NCBI GenBank assembly: GCA_951406725.2
Contig: OX597840.1
Coordinates: 2,976,001-3,040,000, forward strand
Source: Octopus vulgaris
Lineage: Eukaryota
Direction of reading: 5' to 3'
Length of the DNA stretch: 64,000 nucleotides
In this document: in pieces, positions 1-13,304 of the stretch
Numbering within the stretch: position 1 is the first letter of the stretch
How the letters are laid out: each line of letters starts with the position of its first letter
Notes under the pieces: generated by a model
Told to the model about the DNA's origin: nothing
The model's input: only the letters and a program-made list of their open reading frames with translations
Database searches by the model: none
Made by a program: the position numbers and the translations under genes

Positions 1-250
1 TAGCGGCAGACGATATACCTATTTCTTTACTGCCCACAAGGGGCTGAACACAGAGAGGACAAACAAGGACAGACAAAGGGATTTAGTCGATTACATCAAC
101 TCAGTGCGTAGCTGGTAGTTTATTTATCGATCCCGAAAGGATGAAAGGCAAAGTCGACTTCGACGGAATTTGAACTCAGAACGTAACGGCAGACGAAATA
201 CGCGTACGCGTTTCGCCCGGCGTGCTAACGTTTTTGCCAGCTCACCGCCA
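1..250 (-). mobile_element. SINE-A (tRNA-derived head, central GCCTTTCATCCTTTCGGGGTCGATAAA domain), part of a tandem multimer running off the window start
   Basis: Minus strand reads GGCGGTGAGCTGGC...GAGTTCAAATTCC (A/B-box-like) through tail CCCCTTGTGGGCAGTAAAGAAATAGG, then re-enters the body at GGTATATCGTC; same sequence recurs at about 10 other loci. Confidence 0.85.
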
Positions 251-925
<675 letters not shown>

Positions 926-998
<73 letters not shown>

Positions 999-1030
999 TG
1001 ATAATAATGATAATAATAATAATAATTATA
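926..1030. repeat. (AAT)n microsatellite, right flank of the R4/Dong remnant
   Basis: AAT array with a few GAT interruptions. Confidence 0.95.
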
Positions 1031-1136
1031 ATATATAAATATGATATATAATAATATATATGTAATAATATATATATAAATAAGTTGGTAGGTAGAGAGA
1101 AATATAGGTAAGTAGATTTCAAAGAACTTTTCATAC

Positions 1137-1207
<71 letters not shown>

Positions 1208-1279
1208 TATGTAGTGTGTGCTACATACGTAGATAGTTTCGAATGTATATCATATATATATATATATATATATTAAGCA

Positions 1280-2058
1280 TATATACATGTATGTGAATCT
1301 GTTCTGAACACAATACATACATACATACATACATACATGCCTGCATGCATGCATACATACATACATACATACATACATACATGCTTGCATGCCTACATGT
1401 ATACATACATCCACTAACGAGCCAAGAGACAGCAGCAAGGCCTCATGGATTCCCAATAATTTGTCATGAAAACCTGCAAGACGGCTCCAACAAAACCACT
1501 TCAGCGTCATTTCAAAAAGCTTGCTTGGAAGTTCTAAGCTCCTCAAAAAATGTCGAACGAGCACATAATGTATGTTATCGATAAGGGGTGGAGCGAAGAC
1601 AGAGCAGGTGCAACCATTACTAGACTATTTCTTTCGTGTCATTCAGTGAGAAAATGATGTAACGAATTATTTGAAATTTTAGAAGGAAAAAAAAACACGT
1701 TGGTTGTCAGAGGAAAATGTCATGCTAACATTCAACATGGCTTCCCTCCATGAAAGAAGATGCGTCCTTCAGAATGTCCAATGATATAACTGGATATTGA
1801 TGCTGATCTGTAATCATTCAGCTATGGTAATTTCTGATATTTAGAAGGCTTCTCTTTTACTTGTTTCAGTCGTTTGACTGCGGCCATGCTGGGGCACCAC
1901 TTTTAGTCGAGCAAATCGACCTCAAGACTTATTCTTTGTCAGCCTACTACTCATTTTATCGGTTTCTTTTGCCGAACCGCTAAGTTACGTGGACGTAAAC
2001 ACACCAGCATCGGTTGTAAAGCGATTGGGGGGGGGGACAAACACAGATACGCATAAAC

Positions 2059-2091
<33 letters not shown>

Positions 2092-2405
2092 AGTAGGTGA
2101 ATGAATTATCCTAGTATGGATAATTCGGTTAATCGATACCTGGGTTGCAAATTCACGTCAGAAAACGCGGTTGAAGCTACATGCCAAGGGTAGAAACCCC
2201 GTGTTCTTGTGTGGAAATTTGTGTGTTTATTTATATGTATAAATGAAAGAATGGAGTCGAACGAAGATTTTAACAAAATTCCTTTACTCACAACACATGT
2301 TTCGAAGACTGCATACTCTTAATTCCGAAGGAATAAAGGGTGCATTATCAACTGATAGAGGTTCCTTGTCTTTCCTGATGAGAAGACGGCATAATGCACC
2401 CTTTA
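1280..2405 (+). repeat. Source copy of a ~1.1-kb direct segmental duplication (second copy 10878-12001)
   Basis: Near-identical from ATATACATGTATGTGAATCTG to GCATAATGCACCCTTTA; duplicated ORFs visible in the track. Confidence 0.95.
1850..2060 (-). mobile_element. SINE-B 3' half
   Basis: CTTTTACTTGTTTCAGTC..GCGGCCATGCTGG..GCCGAACCGCTAAG matches the other SINE-B copies. Confidence 0.85.
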
Positions 2406-2494
2406 TTCCTTCGGAATTAAGAGTATGCAGTCTTCGAAACATGTGTTGAGAGTAAAGGAATTTTGTTAAAATCTTCGTTCGACTCCATTCTTTC

Positions 2495-2500
<6 letters not shown>
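2092..2500. mobile_element. Penelope-type mini-element in (TA)n with 110-bp inverted arms (2239-2348 / 2391-2500)
   Basis: Arms differ at about one position; 42-bp spacer; one arm continues into a tail to ~2092; TA tracts on both sides. Confidence 0.75.
2364..2458 (+). ncRNA. Type I hammerhead ribozyme
   Basis: Helix I CCTT-gtc-TTTC / GAGA-gta-AAGG; core CTGATGA (2375); long stem II closed by GAAGAC/GTCTTC; GAAAC-ATGT-GTT. Confidence 0.8.
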
Positions 2501-2538
<38 letters not shown>

Positions 2539-2552
2539 GAAAGAATATATAT

Positions 2553-2663
2553 ATTAGGGAGTAAATCCCAACTTACAGGGGAAAATTAGATTTAGGATTA
2601 AATCTAATTTTACTGTATAAATATAAATTAATTTGCCTAATAGTGGTTTTATCTCTAATTTAA
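2553..2663. repeat. Bipartite TA-embedded repeat, same two ends as 48841-49052 in opposite orientation
   Basis: TTAGGGAG..CAACTTACAGGG..AAAATT at one end and AATAGTGGTTTTATCTCTAATTT at the other. Confidence 0.65.
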
Positions 2664-2671
2664 TTTATATA

Positions 2672-3048
2672 TCTCTCTGTATATAAACGGCAGTTTGTCT
2701 GTGCGTGTTTCTGTGTGTCTGTTTGCTTGTACCCTCACCCTGACCACGGCTTCCAACCGATTCTGATGAAACTTGACACACACATAGCCCAATGTCATAA
2801 TTCAAAACTAACGCAGAGAAAATTTTGAAAAGTTCCCCCAGTTCTGAATAAAATCGATAAATTCGACATGGGGTCAAGAATCAGAAACACAAACTGTATA
2901 GGGGACGCAACTCCACCTTTTTTTACTCTCAAAAAAAATTTACCATCATTTTTTTCCATTTTTTTGCTATTTTTTGGCTATAACTCTCTAAAAATGCTTT
3001 ATAGTTATTTCCCTTACAAACCTGAGCAACGCCGGGCGATACTGCTAG
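2672..3048 (+). mobile_element. Non-autonomous Helitron
   Basis: A^TC start, CTAG^T end, subterminal GC hairpin CCTGAGCAACGCCGGG, no TSD. Confidence 0.85.
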
Positions 3049-3496
3049 TGTATGTATAAGAGGAATATGCACCAAGGTTGATTCCTTGTACGCTACAAGA
3101 AAACGCTAAATCGCCCTTTCACGAAGAATAGGTTCACAAAAATTTTAGCAGACGCCAGAACGTATGCGAGCAAGACAAATGAATGGAGACAAAATAAAGC
3201 AATTAACTTCATACGTCGAGATTTCGCTATTAATGATTGCTAACCAAATCAGCTGTAGCCCGTCATGAAGTCGTTGCGAGATACATAATCAACGGAATCA
3301 GATACAAACCGTCGCCATGACAGAGAATATGCATATAAAGTCCCACCAATTATGCATCGAAAATATCCGTCCAAACATTTTTTACCCTCATTATTTAAAT
3401 TTTAAACATCCACGTTCTTTACCCGGTGGATTCGCTACGGAACTTTATTAGCCGCAGTGTACTCTTCGTTTTGGCGCACTAGCATGAATATATATT

Positions 3497-4313
3497 ACTC
3501 TTTACTCTTTTACTCTTTTACTCGTTTCAGTCATTTGACTGCAGCCATGCTGGAGCACCGCCTTTCATCGAGCAACTCGACCCCGGGACTTATTCTTTTT
3601 GTAAGCCCAGTACTTATTCTATCGGTCTCTTTTGCCGAACCGCTAAGTAACGGGGACATAAGTACACCAGCATCGGTTGTCAAGCAATGCTAGGGGGACA
3701 AAGACAGACACACAAACACACACACATACATATATATATATACATATACACGACAGGCTTCTTTCAGTTTCCGTCTACCAAATCCACTCACAAGGCATTG
3801 GTCGGCCCGGGGCTATAGCAGAAGACACTTGCCCAAGATGCCATGCAGTGGGACTGAACCCGGAACCATGTGGTTGGTTAGCAAGCTACTTACCACACAG
3901 CCACTCATATATTATTTTTTTACTTGTTTCAGTCATTTTTAATGCGGCCATGCTGGAGCACCGCCTTTCATCGAGCAAGTCGACCCCGGACTTCTTTTGT
4001 AAGCCCAGTACTTATTCTATCGGTCTCTTTTGCCGAACCGCTAAATAACGGGGACATAAACACATTAGCATCGGTTGTCAAGCAATGCTAGGGGGACAAA
4101 CACAGACACACAAACACACACACGCATATATATATATATACATATATACGACGAGCTTCTTTCAGTTTCCGTCTACCAAATCCTCTCACAAGGCATTGGT
4201 CGGCCCGTGGCTATAGCAGAAGACACTTGCCCAAGGTGCCACGCAGTGGGACTGAACCCGGAACCATGTGGTTGGTTAGCAAGCTACTTACCACACAGTC
4301 ACTCCTGCGCCTA
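3497..4313 (-). mobile_element. Two head-to-tail SINE-B copies (3497-3907, 3920-4313)
   Basis: tRNA-like head GGCGCAGGAGTGGCTGTGTGGTAAG..GGGTTCAGTCCC, CTTGGGCAAGTG core, internal (TA)/(TG) tract, GAGTAAAA tail repeats. Confidence 0.9.
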
Positions 4314-4564
4314 TTCATATTTGGATGAATATTTTCGATATATAATTGGCGAATCTTGAATTCATCATTCAAGGCCATGCGTCAGAGTGACTGAAATTTA
4401 ATGACGGAAACAAGTAAAATATGACAGATAGACTATATAATATGATCCCAGACTACCTATCATATCGAAGAGCCTGGCAACGAAACATCAAAGTTTCTGT
4501 ATGTATTTACTAAAGCTGCAAGAAATAGCAACTAAATTTTGCACGTTGCAGTTTATAAGGAATA

Positions 4565-4772
4565 AAGGACTCGCAGCTTTCTCCGTCCGGGTTGCGGATC
4601 CTAGAAATAAGCTGCCGGACGAGATAGTGAAGATGCCGACGGCCGCTCGGTTCAAAGTCTCTCTTGACCAGAAATGGCTTGAACTCTTTGTATAACCACC
4701 CTCCCTGTACATAACTCCCTGTCCCCCTACATGGCTCTGCTTTTGCTTTTTGAGCCAATAAAAATTGGATTT
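4565..4772 (+). mobile_element. CR1-like LINE 3' end
   Basis: FSVRVADPRNKLPDEIVKMPTAARFKVSLDQKW matches the CR1-group C-terminal motif FSxRVxxxWNxLP..FKxxLD; homologous to 48073-48457. Confidence 0.75.
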
Positions 4773-4794
4773 AAAATTGAGTTCAACAACTTAT

Positions 4795-5205
4795 AGGCGC
4801 AGGAGTAGCTGTGTGGTAAGTAGCTTGCTTACTAGCCACATGGTTCCGGGTTCAGTCCCACTGCGTGGCATCTTGGGCAAGTGTCTTCTGCTATAGCCTC
4901 GGGCCGACCAATGCCTTCTGAGTGGATTTGGTAGACGGCAACTGAAAGAAGTCTGTCGTATATATGTATATATATATATGTACGAGTGTGTATATTTGTG
5001 TGTCTGTGTTTGTCCCCCTAGCATCGCTTGACAACCGATGCTGGTGTGTTTACGTCCCCGTCACTTAGCGGTTCGGCAAAAGAGACCGATAGAATAAGTA
5101 CTGGGCTTAGAAAGAATAAGTCCTGGGGTCGATTTGCTCGACTAAAGGCGATGCTCCAGCATGGCCGCAGTCAAATGACTGAAACAAGTAAAAGAGTAAA
5201 GAGTA
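4795..5205 (+). mobile_element. Full-length SINE-B
   Basis: Complete head, core, internal microsatellite and AAAAGAGT tail. Confidence 0.92.
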
Positions 5206-5850
5206 TAAGATAAAAACGTGGTATTCATGTGTTGCAGTCTTTGACTTTTATTTCTACTGGATCAGACATTTGCCTGGGGCTAAAAAATACTTTTAAGCAA
5301 GTATAAAAGGAAAGAAATGTAGACACGGCTAAAGATGTGTCATCGCCATCGCTGCCAGCATCAAAACCGTCATTACCGTAATTGGAATATCTATGGCTTC
5401 TGTCGTTGTTTGCGATATTGCATTGGAATAAGGAAACCATATTTATTACAAAGAAGTTACGTAACAATAAATAGGATGGCTATAATGAGGTAATTGACAT
5501 TTGACAAAATCAATTAGAATCGTCACGAAGATAAACGATAAAAAATATAATGGTATGTTTTGTTAGTGACGACTTAGCGCGGCTGAAGGTAACCTGATGG
5601 AAATTGTAACAGAATATATATTTCGGAGTTATGTTTGTCTGGGATCTGGTCTGATCTACGAGTATGTGTTGAAACTAAAACATTTCCAGTGTGGTAGATA
5701 ATTATCAGTTGGTGAAAAACCAACACTAATATATCTGTTGACTTCATTTAATATTTTTTTATTATATGGTGCCCAAATATTCATCACCTCAAATGCAAAC
5801 TGGTAACTAACGCAATTCCATTGAGACAACGGTATATTCTATTGTTATAA

Positions 5851-6081
5851 AGGCGGCGAGCTGGCAGAAACGTTAGCACGCCGGGCGAAATGCTTAGCGG
5901 TATTTCGTCGGCCGTTACGTTCTGAGTTCAAATTCCACTGAGGTCGACTTTCCCTTTCATCCTTTCGGGGTTGATAAATTAAGTACCAGTACGCACTGGG
6001 GTCGATGTAATCGACTTAATACCTATGTCTGTCATTGTTTGTCCCCTCTGTGTTTAGCCCCTTGTAGGTAATAAAGAAATA
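5851..6081 (+). mobile_element. Full-length monomeric SINE-A with ~18-bp target-site duplication
   Basis: GGTATATTCTATTGTTAT before and GGTATATACTATTGTTAT after the element. Confidence 0.9.
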
Positions 6082-6163
6082 GGTATATACTATTGTTATG
6101 AGAAGTCCAGATACTGAGAAGTGAAGAAGCTTAACATACATATCGATGTATATCTCTCTCTTT

Positions 6164-6230
<67 letters not shown>

Positions 6231-6249
6231 GTATATATATATATATATA

Positions 6250-6412
6250 TACTTTTCTCTTTTCTTTTATTTGTTCCAGTCATTTGATTGCGGCCTTTAG
6301 AAGAGCAAATTGACCACAGGAGTTACCTTGGGGAAGTGTCTTCTTTTACAGCGTCGAGCCGATCAAAGCCTTGTGAGTGGATTTGATAGAAGGTAATTGA
6401 AAGAAACTATCG

Positions 6413-6471
<59 letters not shown>

Positions 6472-6945
6472 TTGTGTGCCTGTGTTTATCCCCCACCAAC
6501 ATCCCTTGACAAACGATGTTTTGTAATATTTTGTGACAACCAGTACTTAGCTCAACAAAGCTTTTAGATTTTACTTTTGACAATCTTTTTCTAAAAAAGT
6601 GAAACCGGTCAAGTGAATAAACATCTTTTAAAATTGCATTTTCAAACCTTCTTTCATATATAATTCTACTCGTGCGGTACCTTACAACTTCAATTTGTTA
6701 TATATATATATTTGTGAGTGTGTTTATGTGTCTGTGTTTTTCTCCTCCCCCACAACATCGCTTGACAAGCGATGCTGGTGTGTTTACGTCCCTGTAATTT
6801 AGCGATTCGGCAAAAGAGACCGAAAGAATAAGTACTAGGCTTACAAAGAATAAGTCCTGTGGTCGATTTGCTCGACTAAAAGCCGTGCCCCAGCATGGCC
6901 GCCGTCAAATGACTGAATCAAATAAAACAGTAAAAGAGTAAAATA
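6250..6945 (+). mobile_element. Rearranged SINE-B interrupted at ~6520-6700 by a hammerhead-like insert
   Basis: SINE-B core and 3' half; segment CCCC..CAACATC.CTTGACAA.CGATG duplicated on both sides of the insert. Confidence 0.7.
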
Positions 6946-7397
6946 CAGTGCAATGATACAGGTGAAATGATATTTTGAAATTAAAACTGCGAATTTTCCA
7001 GAAATGACGACAAAATATCTCTGTCTACTTTCGCCTATCATTGAGTAATTTTGTATTTTTTAACACAATACGTCTTTTAAATTGTTTCTCCTGGTTGCGA
7101 CACCGTGGCTTCACAGCGTTTAATGACGGCCAAACATTATGTCATATTGATAATGTTTTGTGTGTGTGTATGTGTATGTGTGTTTGTGTGTGTGTGTTTA
7201 TACATACATATACATATTTATACAATCACTCGCAGGAATCGACATCAGGACCATGATTCGAGTAGCCTAGCTATTAAGGCATGCATCGTGACAGATACAG
7301 ACACTCACACACACACACAAACACAAACACATACACACACACATACAAACATGCATGCACAAACATGAACACATACACATATGTGGCTGTGACAGAC

Positions 7398-7855
7398 GGA
7401 GGAATGACTGTGTGGTAAGATGCATGATTTCCAAACCACATGGTTCCGGGTTCAATCCCACAGAGTGATATCATAGGCACGTGTCTCCTACTAGAAGCCT
7501 CGGACCGACAAAAGCCTTTTAAGTGGATTTGGTTAACGGAAGCAGAATGAAATCTATCATACATTGTGTGTGTTTGTGTGTGTATGTGTATGTGTGTGTA
7601 TGTATGTGTGTCTGTGTATGTGTGTGTGTGTGTGTCTGTTTGTCTGTTTTTATCCCTCGTAAATGACATACGCTACTTTGTGATGACATACGCTACTTTG
7701 TTTCAGTATTCGTAAATTAGCGGTTCGGCAAAAATGACCGATAAAACAAGCACCAGCCTTTAAAAAGTGTAACATAGTCGATTCGTTCGCTAAGATTCTT
7801 CCAGGAAGGGCCCCAGTATGGCCGGAACCTAATGACTAAAGTAAATTAAAAGACA
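7398..7855 (+). mobile_element. Diverged SINE-B
   Basis: TGTGTGGTAAG..CCACATGGTTCCGGGTTCAATCCCAC..TTAGCGGTTCGGCAAAA. Confidence 0.75.
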
Positions 7856-8394
7856 ATACATAACAGATATTATACTCATACCAATTAGTGTAATTACCAA
7901 TTAGTGTAATTACCAAGAGGAAAAATCACACCATATATACCAACGAGCTACATATACCAAGGCCACAACTCACTCACCACAACTCAATCTACACCATAGC
8001 AGCCAAAACAGAAATATACTATGAAAACCAACAATAATTACAACACCTTTAATGGCGGCTAAACTATTTAATTTCCCTTCAGATTACATGTTTCGCTGAA
8101 ATGAAAATATTTTTCGATAAATGTCTAGGATTTTCTGCACAGCTTTTCACTCACGTCCCAGCCACATTTTCCTTCATCATCCTCTATCTTGCACTGCGTC
8201 TAATATTTCTTTTCCTTTTTCTTAATTCGTCTTCCTTTTTCATTTTGTGCTTTTTTTCTGCAATTCACAATGTGCCTTTATTTTCTTTTACTTCTTATTT
8301 TTGCTATTTTTACCAACTTTCTAACTACGGTGCCATTACGGTTTTTTTTTTCGTGCTGTAGCTGGAATGGAAAAGAAATATGAATTTTTATGAC

Positions 8395-9537
<1,143 letters not shown>

Positions 9538-9750
9538 CCACAAAAAAATAAAAAGCTAATCACCCAGACATAGTAAGGAAGGGTTAAAAACACTTGCTTA
9601 CTGATAGACATTGCAGTCCTCTCTGGCTAAAATATCGTCAAAGAAGAATTGGCGAAATTGTCAAAGTACAAAGTCCTCGAAATTGAAGTATTGAAGATGT
9701 GGGGCAAAAAGGCAAAAACAATATCAATAACAATTGAAGCATTGACCATA
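9538..9750 (+). mobile_element. Degraded R4/Dong-type RLE domain fragment
   Basis: KIKANHPDIV..TCLLIDIAV..EELAKLSKYKVLEIEVLKMWG..ISITIEAL; starts right after (AAT)n. Confidence 0.8.
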
Positions 9751-9933
9751 TTAGCCTGTCTTCTACCCTTTGGTCTATCCAGTATGGGATGACCTACCAC
9801 GGGCTTTCACTCCGCTGGTATAGCCCTGAGTGTCACTGAGGCACACATCGGAGATCTGCAAGGATTGGATTCTTTGGTGGACTCAGAAGGTAAACTTTAA
9901 CTAAAAGAAAAACGCATCTGACATAAATAGCTG

Positions 9934-10203
9934 TGAAAGACCACGTTACGCAGAGACTGTTTTTGTGATGGGATGAGATTGATACTCATATATTCTTTGA
10001 AAAACACCGCGTTACGTAGATACAGCTTTTGTGACGGAATAAGATTTATTGCACAAAACACCACGGATTCTGAAAGACACCAGATTACGTAGAGAAAGTG
10101 TCTGTGATGGAAGAAAAGGTTTACTGTATGAATAAAAAAAAACGTCCGCTATCTCTAATATTTACTTTGAAAGATGCCACGTTTCGCAGAGAAAGTTTTT
10201 CAG
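9934..10203 (+). repeat. Four degenerate ~40-bp direct repeats with unequal spacers
   Basis: TGAAAGA..C.CGTTACG.AGAGA...TTTTGTGA.GG at about 9934, 9998, 10071 and 10168. Confidence 0.7.
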
Positions 10204-10459
10204 TGCATCTCTAACATTCTAAATATAAAAATTGTTTCTTTAGAATATGGCCACCGGCATTGTTCTTAACATCAAAGACGTAAATTTTGTGTTAATACTA
10301 ATGCTTATTTTATTGGGTTTTTTTCGTTGATTTATTCAACATTGACTTAGTATTAGAAAAAAGAAAAAACTAGCAAGACAACTCAACTTATAAAGGTCGT
10401 AACATTTCTGCTATACAAGACATAACATATTAGAATATTTTATACACCCTAGATATTAC

Positions 10460-10872
10460 ATTATGGCAAGAAATAAAGCTGGTTGTCAAGGCAGCAGAGA
10501 TTACCGCAAGGTGGCCTCGTATCAGAAAATGTTAACCCTGCACAGGGTAGTGTCACCAGGACCAGTGTCAAAGGGCCAGGAAACAGGTCATCTGATGGTT
10601 TCTGGGGGATGTTTCAAATCTCTGTGGGTCAGTAGGTGTGAGCCCTGGAAGGAGCGGTGTTATTTCTTGGAAAGAAGCTGCGGAATAATAGAGCCTGGGT
10701 GGGTTATCTGTATCAAGGCGTCGGACGTTGAAAGATCCGAAATACTCAATGGACTCCCGGCAGGCGAAAGGCCATAAGTTGGTCTGTGGAGGCAGTAGAA
10801 GTCGCGTCTCCGTGGCTTTCCATCAGGGATAAGCTCGACTGCGATAAACTCGACTCTGGTTAGGTTACCTGC
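10460..10872 (+). mobile_element. Tandem array of diverged HERO/Zebulon-like non-LTR 3' ends (left part)
   Basis: Three peptide units EIKLVVKAAEITARWPRIRKC*P, KSLWVSRCEPW and RRKAISWSVEAVEVASPWLSIR, plus UTR motif GTCGGACGTTGAAAGATCCGAAATAC. Confidence 0.6.
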
Positions 10873-10877
10873 ATATA

Positions 10878-11647
10878 CATATACATGTATGTGAATCTGT
10901 TCTGAACACAATACATACATACATACATACATACATACATGCCTGCATGCATGCATACACACATACATACATACATACATGCTTGCATGCCTACATGTAT
11001 ACATACATCCACTAACGAGCCAAGAGACAGCAGCAAGGCCTCATGGATTCCCGATAATTTGTCATGAAAACCTGCAAGACGGCTCCAACAAAACCACTTC
11101 AGCGTCATTTCAAAAAGCTTGCTTGGAAGTTCTAAGCTCCTCAAAAAATGTCGAACGAGCACATAATGTATGTTATCGATAAGGGGTGGAGCGAAGACAG
11201 AGCAGGTGCAACCATTACTAGACTATTTCTTTCGTGTCATTCAGTGAGAAAATGATGTAACGAATTATTTGAAATTTTAGAAGGAAAAAAAAAACACGTT
11301 GGTTGTCAGAGGAAAATGTCATGCTAACATTCAACATGGCTTCCCTCCATGAAAAAAGATGCGTCCTTCAGAATGTCCAATGCTATAACTGGATATTGAA
11401 GCTGATCTGTAATCATTCAGTTATGGTAATTTCTGATATTTAGAAGGCTTCTCTTTTACTTGTTTCAGACTGCGGCCATGCTGGGGCACCACTTTTAGTC
11501 GAGCAAATCGACCTCAAGACTTATTTTTGTCAGCCTAGTACTCATTTTATCGGTTTCTTTTGCCGAACCGCTAAGTTACGTGGACGTAAACACACCAGCA
11601 TCGGTTGTAAGGCGATTGGGGGGGGACAAACACAGATACGCATAAAC

Positions 11648-11694
<47 letters not shown>

Positions 11695-12001
11695 GAATGA
11701 ATTATCCTAGTATGGATAATTCGGTTAATCGATACCTGGGTTGCAAATTCACGTCAGAAAACGCGGTTGAAGCTACATGTCAAGGGTAGAAACCCCGTGT
11801 TCTTGTGTGGAAATTTGTGTGTTTATTTATATGAATAAATGAAAGAATGGAGTCGAACGAAGATTTTAACAAAATTCCTTTACTCACAACACATGTTTCG
11901 AAGACTGCATACTCTTAATTCCGAAAGAATAAAGGGTGCATTATCAACTGATAGAGGTTCCTTGTCTTTCCTGATGAGAAGACGGCATAATGCACCCTTT
12001 A
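10878..12001 (+). repeat. Second copy of the segmental duplication of 1280-2405
   Basis: Near-identical; truncated inside the right hairpin arm. Confidence 0.95.
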
Positions 12002-12375
12002 TCAAGTGTAAACCATCCAAAGTGCTTCTGCGGAAGGAGTAGAGCTCGGGCCTCCGTAGCTGTGTATCAAGTATAAACCATCCAAAGTGCAATGCTACCG
12101 GTAAGAAGCTGGGATATGATCGGCCCCGGCTTAGTGCCCTATATGAGGCTGTCTGATGTTGAAAGACCTCAAGCACCTGATGAACGCTACGGAGGCGAAA
12201 ATACATCAGGTTCCCTGTGGAGGTAACTGTGCTTGTCTCAAATGTGGATCAGGAGGTGGGAGCCCTTGGTGAGGCAGTACTACAAAGGGTAGATCTAACG
12301 GGACACAACAGGCACTTAACCAACCAGGGGGAGGATGCCTGATTGTTAAAAGAGCCGAAAGATAGGAAAAGCAAA
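12001..12375 (+). mobile_element. Tandem array of HERO/Zebulon-like 3' ends (right part)
   Basis: RRRKYIRFPVEV..WIRRWEP; motifs GTCTGATGTTGAAAGACC (~12150) and GCCTGATTGTTAAAAGAGCCGAAA (~12337); 25-bp direct repeat at 12001 and 12066. Confidence 0.6.
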
Positions 12376-12447
12376 CAAACATTACTCGTAAAACGTCCCG
12401 CGGCGCCACAGGATGATATGTGTACAAAATGGTGTAGCTATTCATGT

Positions 12448-12947
12448 GACCTCCTTCGGTCATGAATAACCATGGAATTGCATCTAGAAAGTTACCCTCC
12501 GAGACACAAGTCTGGGCAAGGTTGTTTATGGAAGACCAGCAGTCGCCCACGCATACCAGCCTCCCCTCTCCACGCTACCGATGTTATCCAAGGGAAAGGC
12601 AAAGGGGCCGATACAGCTTGGCACCAGTGACATCGCAGCTCATTTATTAACGTGCAAGTAGCTGAGTATTGCACAGACACGAGTACCCTTAACGTAGTTC
12701 ACAGGAGATTCAGCGTAACACAGGGTGTGACAAGGCTGGCCCTTTGAAATACAGGTACAACAGAAACAGGAAGAAAGAGTGAGAGAAAGTTGTGGTGAAA
12801 GAGTACAGCAGGGTTCACCACCAGCCCCTGCCGGAGCCTCGTGGAGCTTTAGGTGTTTTCGCTCAATAAACGCTCACAATGCCCGGTCTGGGAATCGAAA
12901 CCGCGATCCTACGACCGCGAGTCCGCTGCCCTAGCCACTGGGCCATT
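12448..12947 (-). mobile_element. tRNA-derived SINE, chimeric, with 11-bp TSD
   Basis: Head TGGCCCAGTGGCTAGG..GGTTTCGATTCCC; TSD GCTATTCATGT at 12437-12447 and 12948-12958; 3' part shared with 23899-24222. Confidence 0.85.
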
Positions 12948-13304
12948 GCTATTCATGTAATGTTCGGAGAAAGAAAAAATTAGATACGCTGAGATTTGAG
13001 TCCACAGAATACAATCACATAACGAGCGCGATTATGGCTGTGCCCCGAAGTCAAAATAAGAGTAACACGAAGAAAGGATTTAAAGAAAGTAAAGACTTAA
13101 ACAAAACACGGTCGTTTAGTCGTTTGTTTTTTAAATACTGCCAAGTTATGAATCTCAGGACAAGGTTACCGAATCTGATGCATATTTATAAGAGTAATAG
13201 CTAAAACATATATACTTGAATATATACATTATGCACACCACTACCCACGTGTGGTGAGAAACGAGGTAAAGTGTGTGATTGAGTGTTACGGTTTACATAT
13301 ATAT

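Noticed and set aside
3020-3048. CGCCGGGCGA shared between the Helitron 3' hairpin and the SINE-A head
   Set aside because: Ten-base GC match with no flanking similarity; likely coincidental
3677-4359. Recurrent peptide DTCPRCHAVGLNPEPCGW that looks like a CxxCH heme motif
   Set aside because: It is the antisense reading of the SINE-B head/core and recurs wherever the SINE does
9765-9850. Possible RTE-type LINE 5' UTR fragment on the minus strand
   Set aside because: Only a vague resemblance from memory; no fold or ORF could be confirmed
9934-10203. CRISPR array
   Set aside because: Repeats are degenerate, spacers unequal, no cas genes, eukaryotic context
12150-12185. CTGATG..GAAA motif in the HERO-like UTR as a hammerhead
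   Set aside because: Lacks A9 and a closable stem II/III; treated only as a conserved UTR motif
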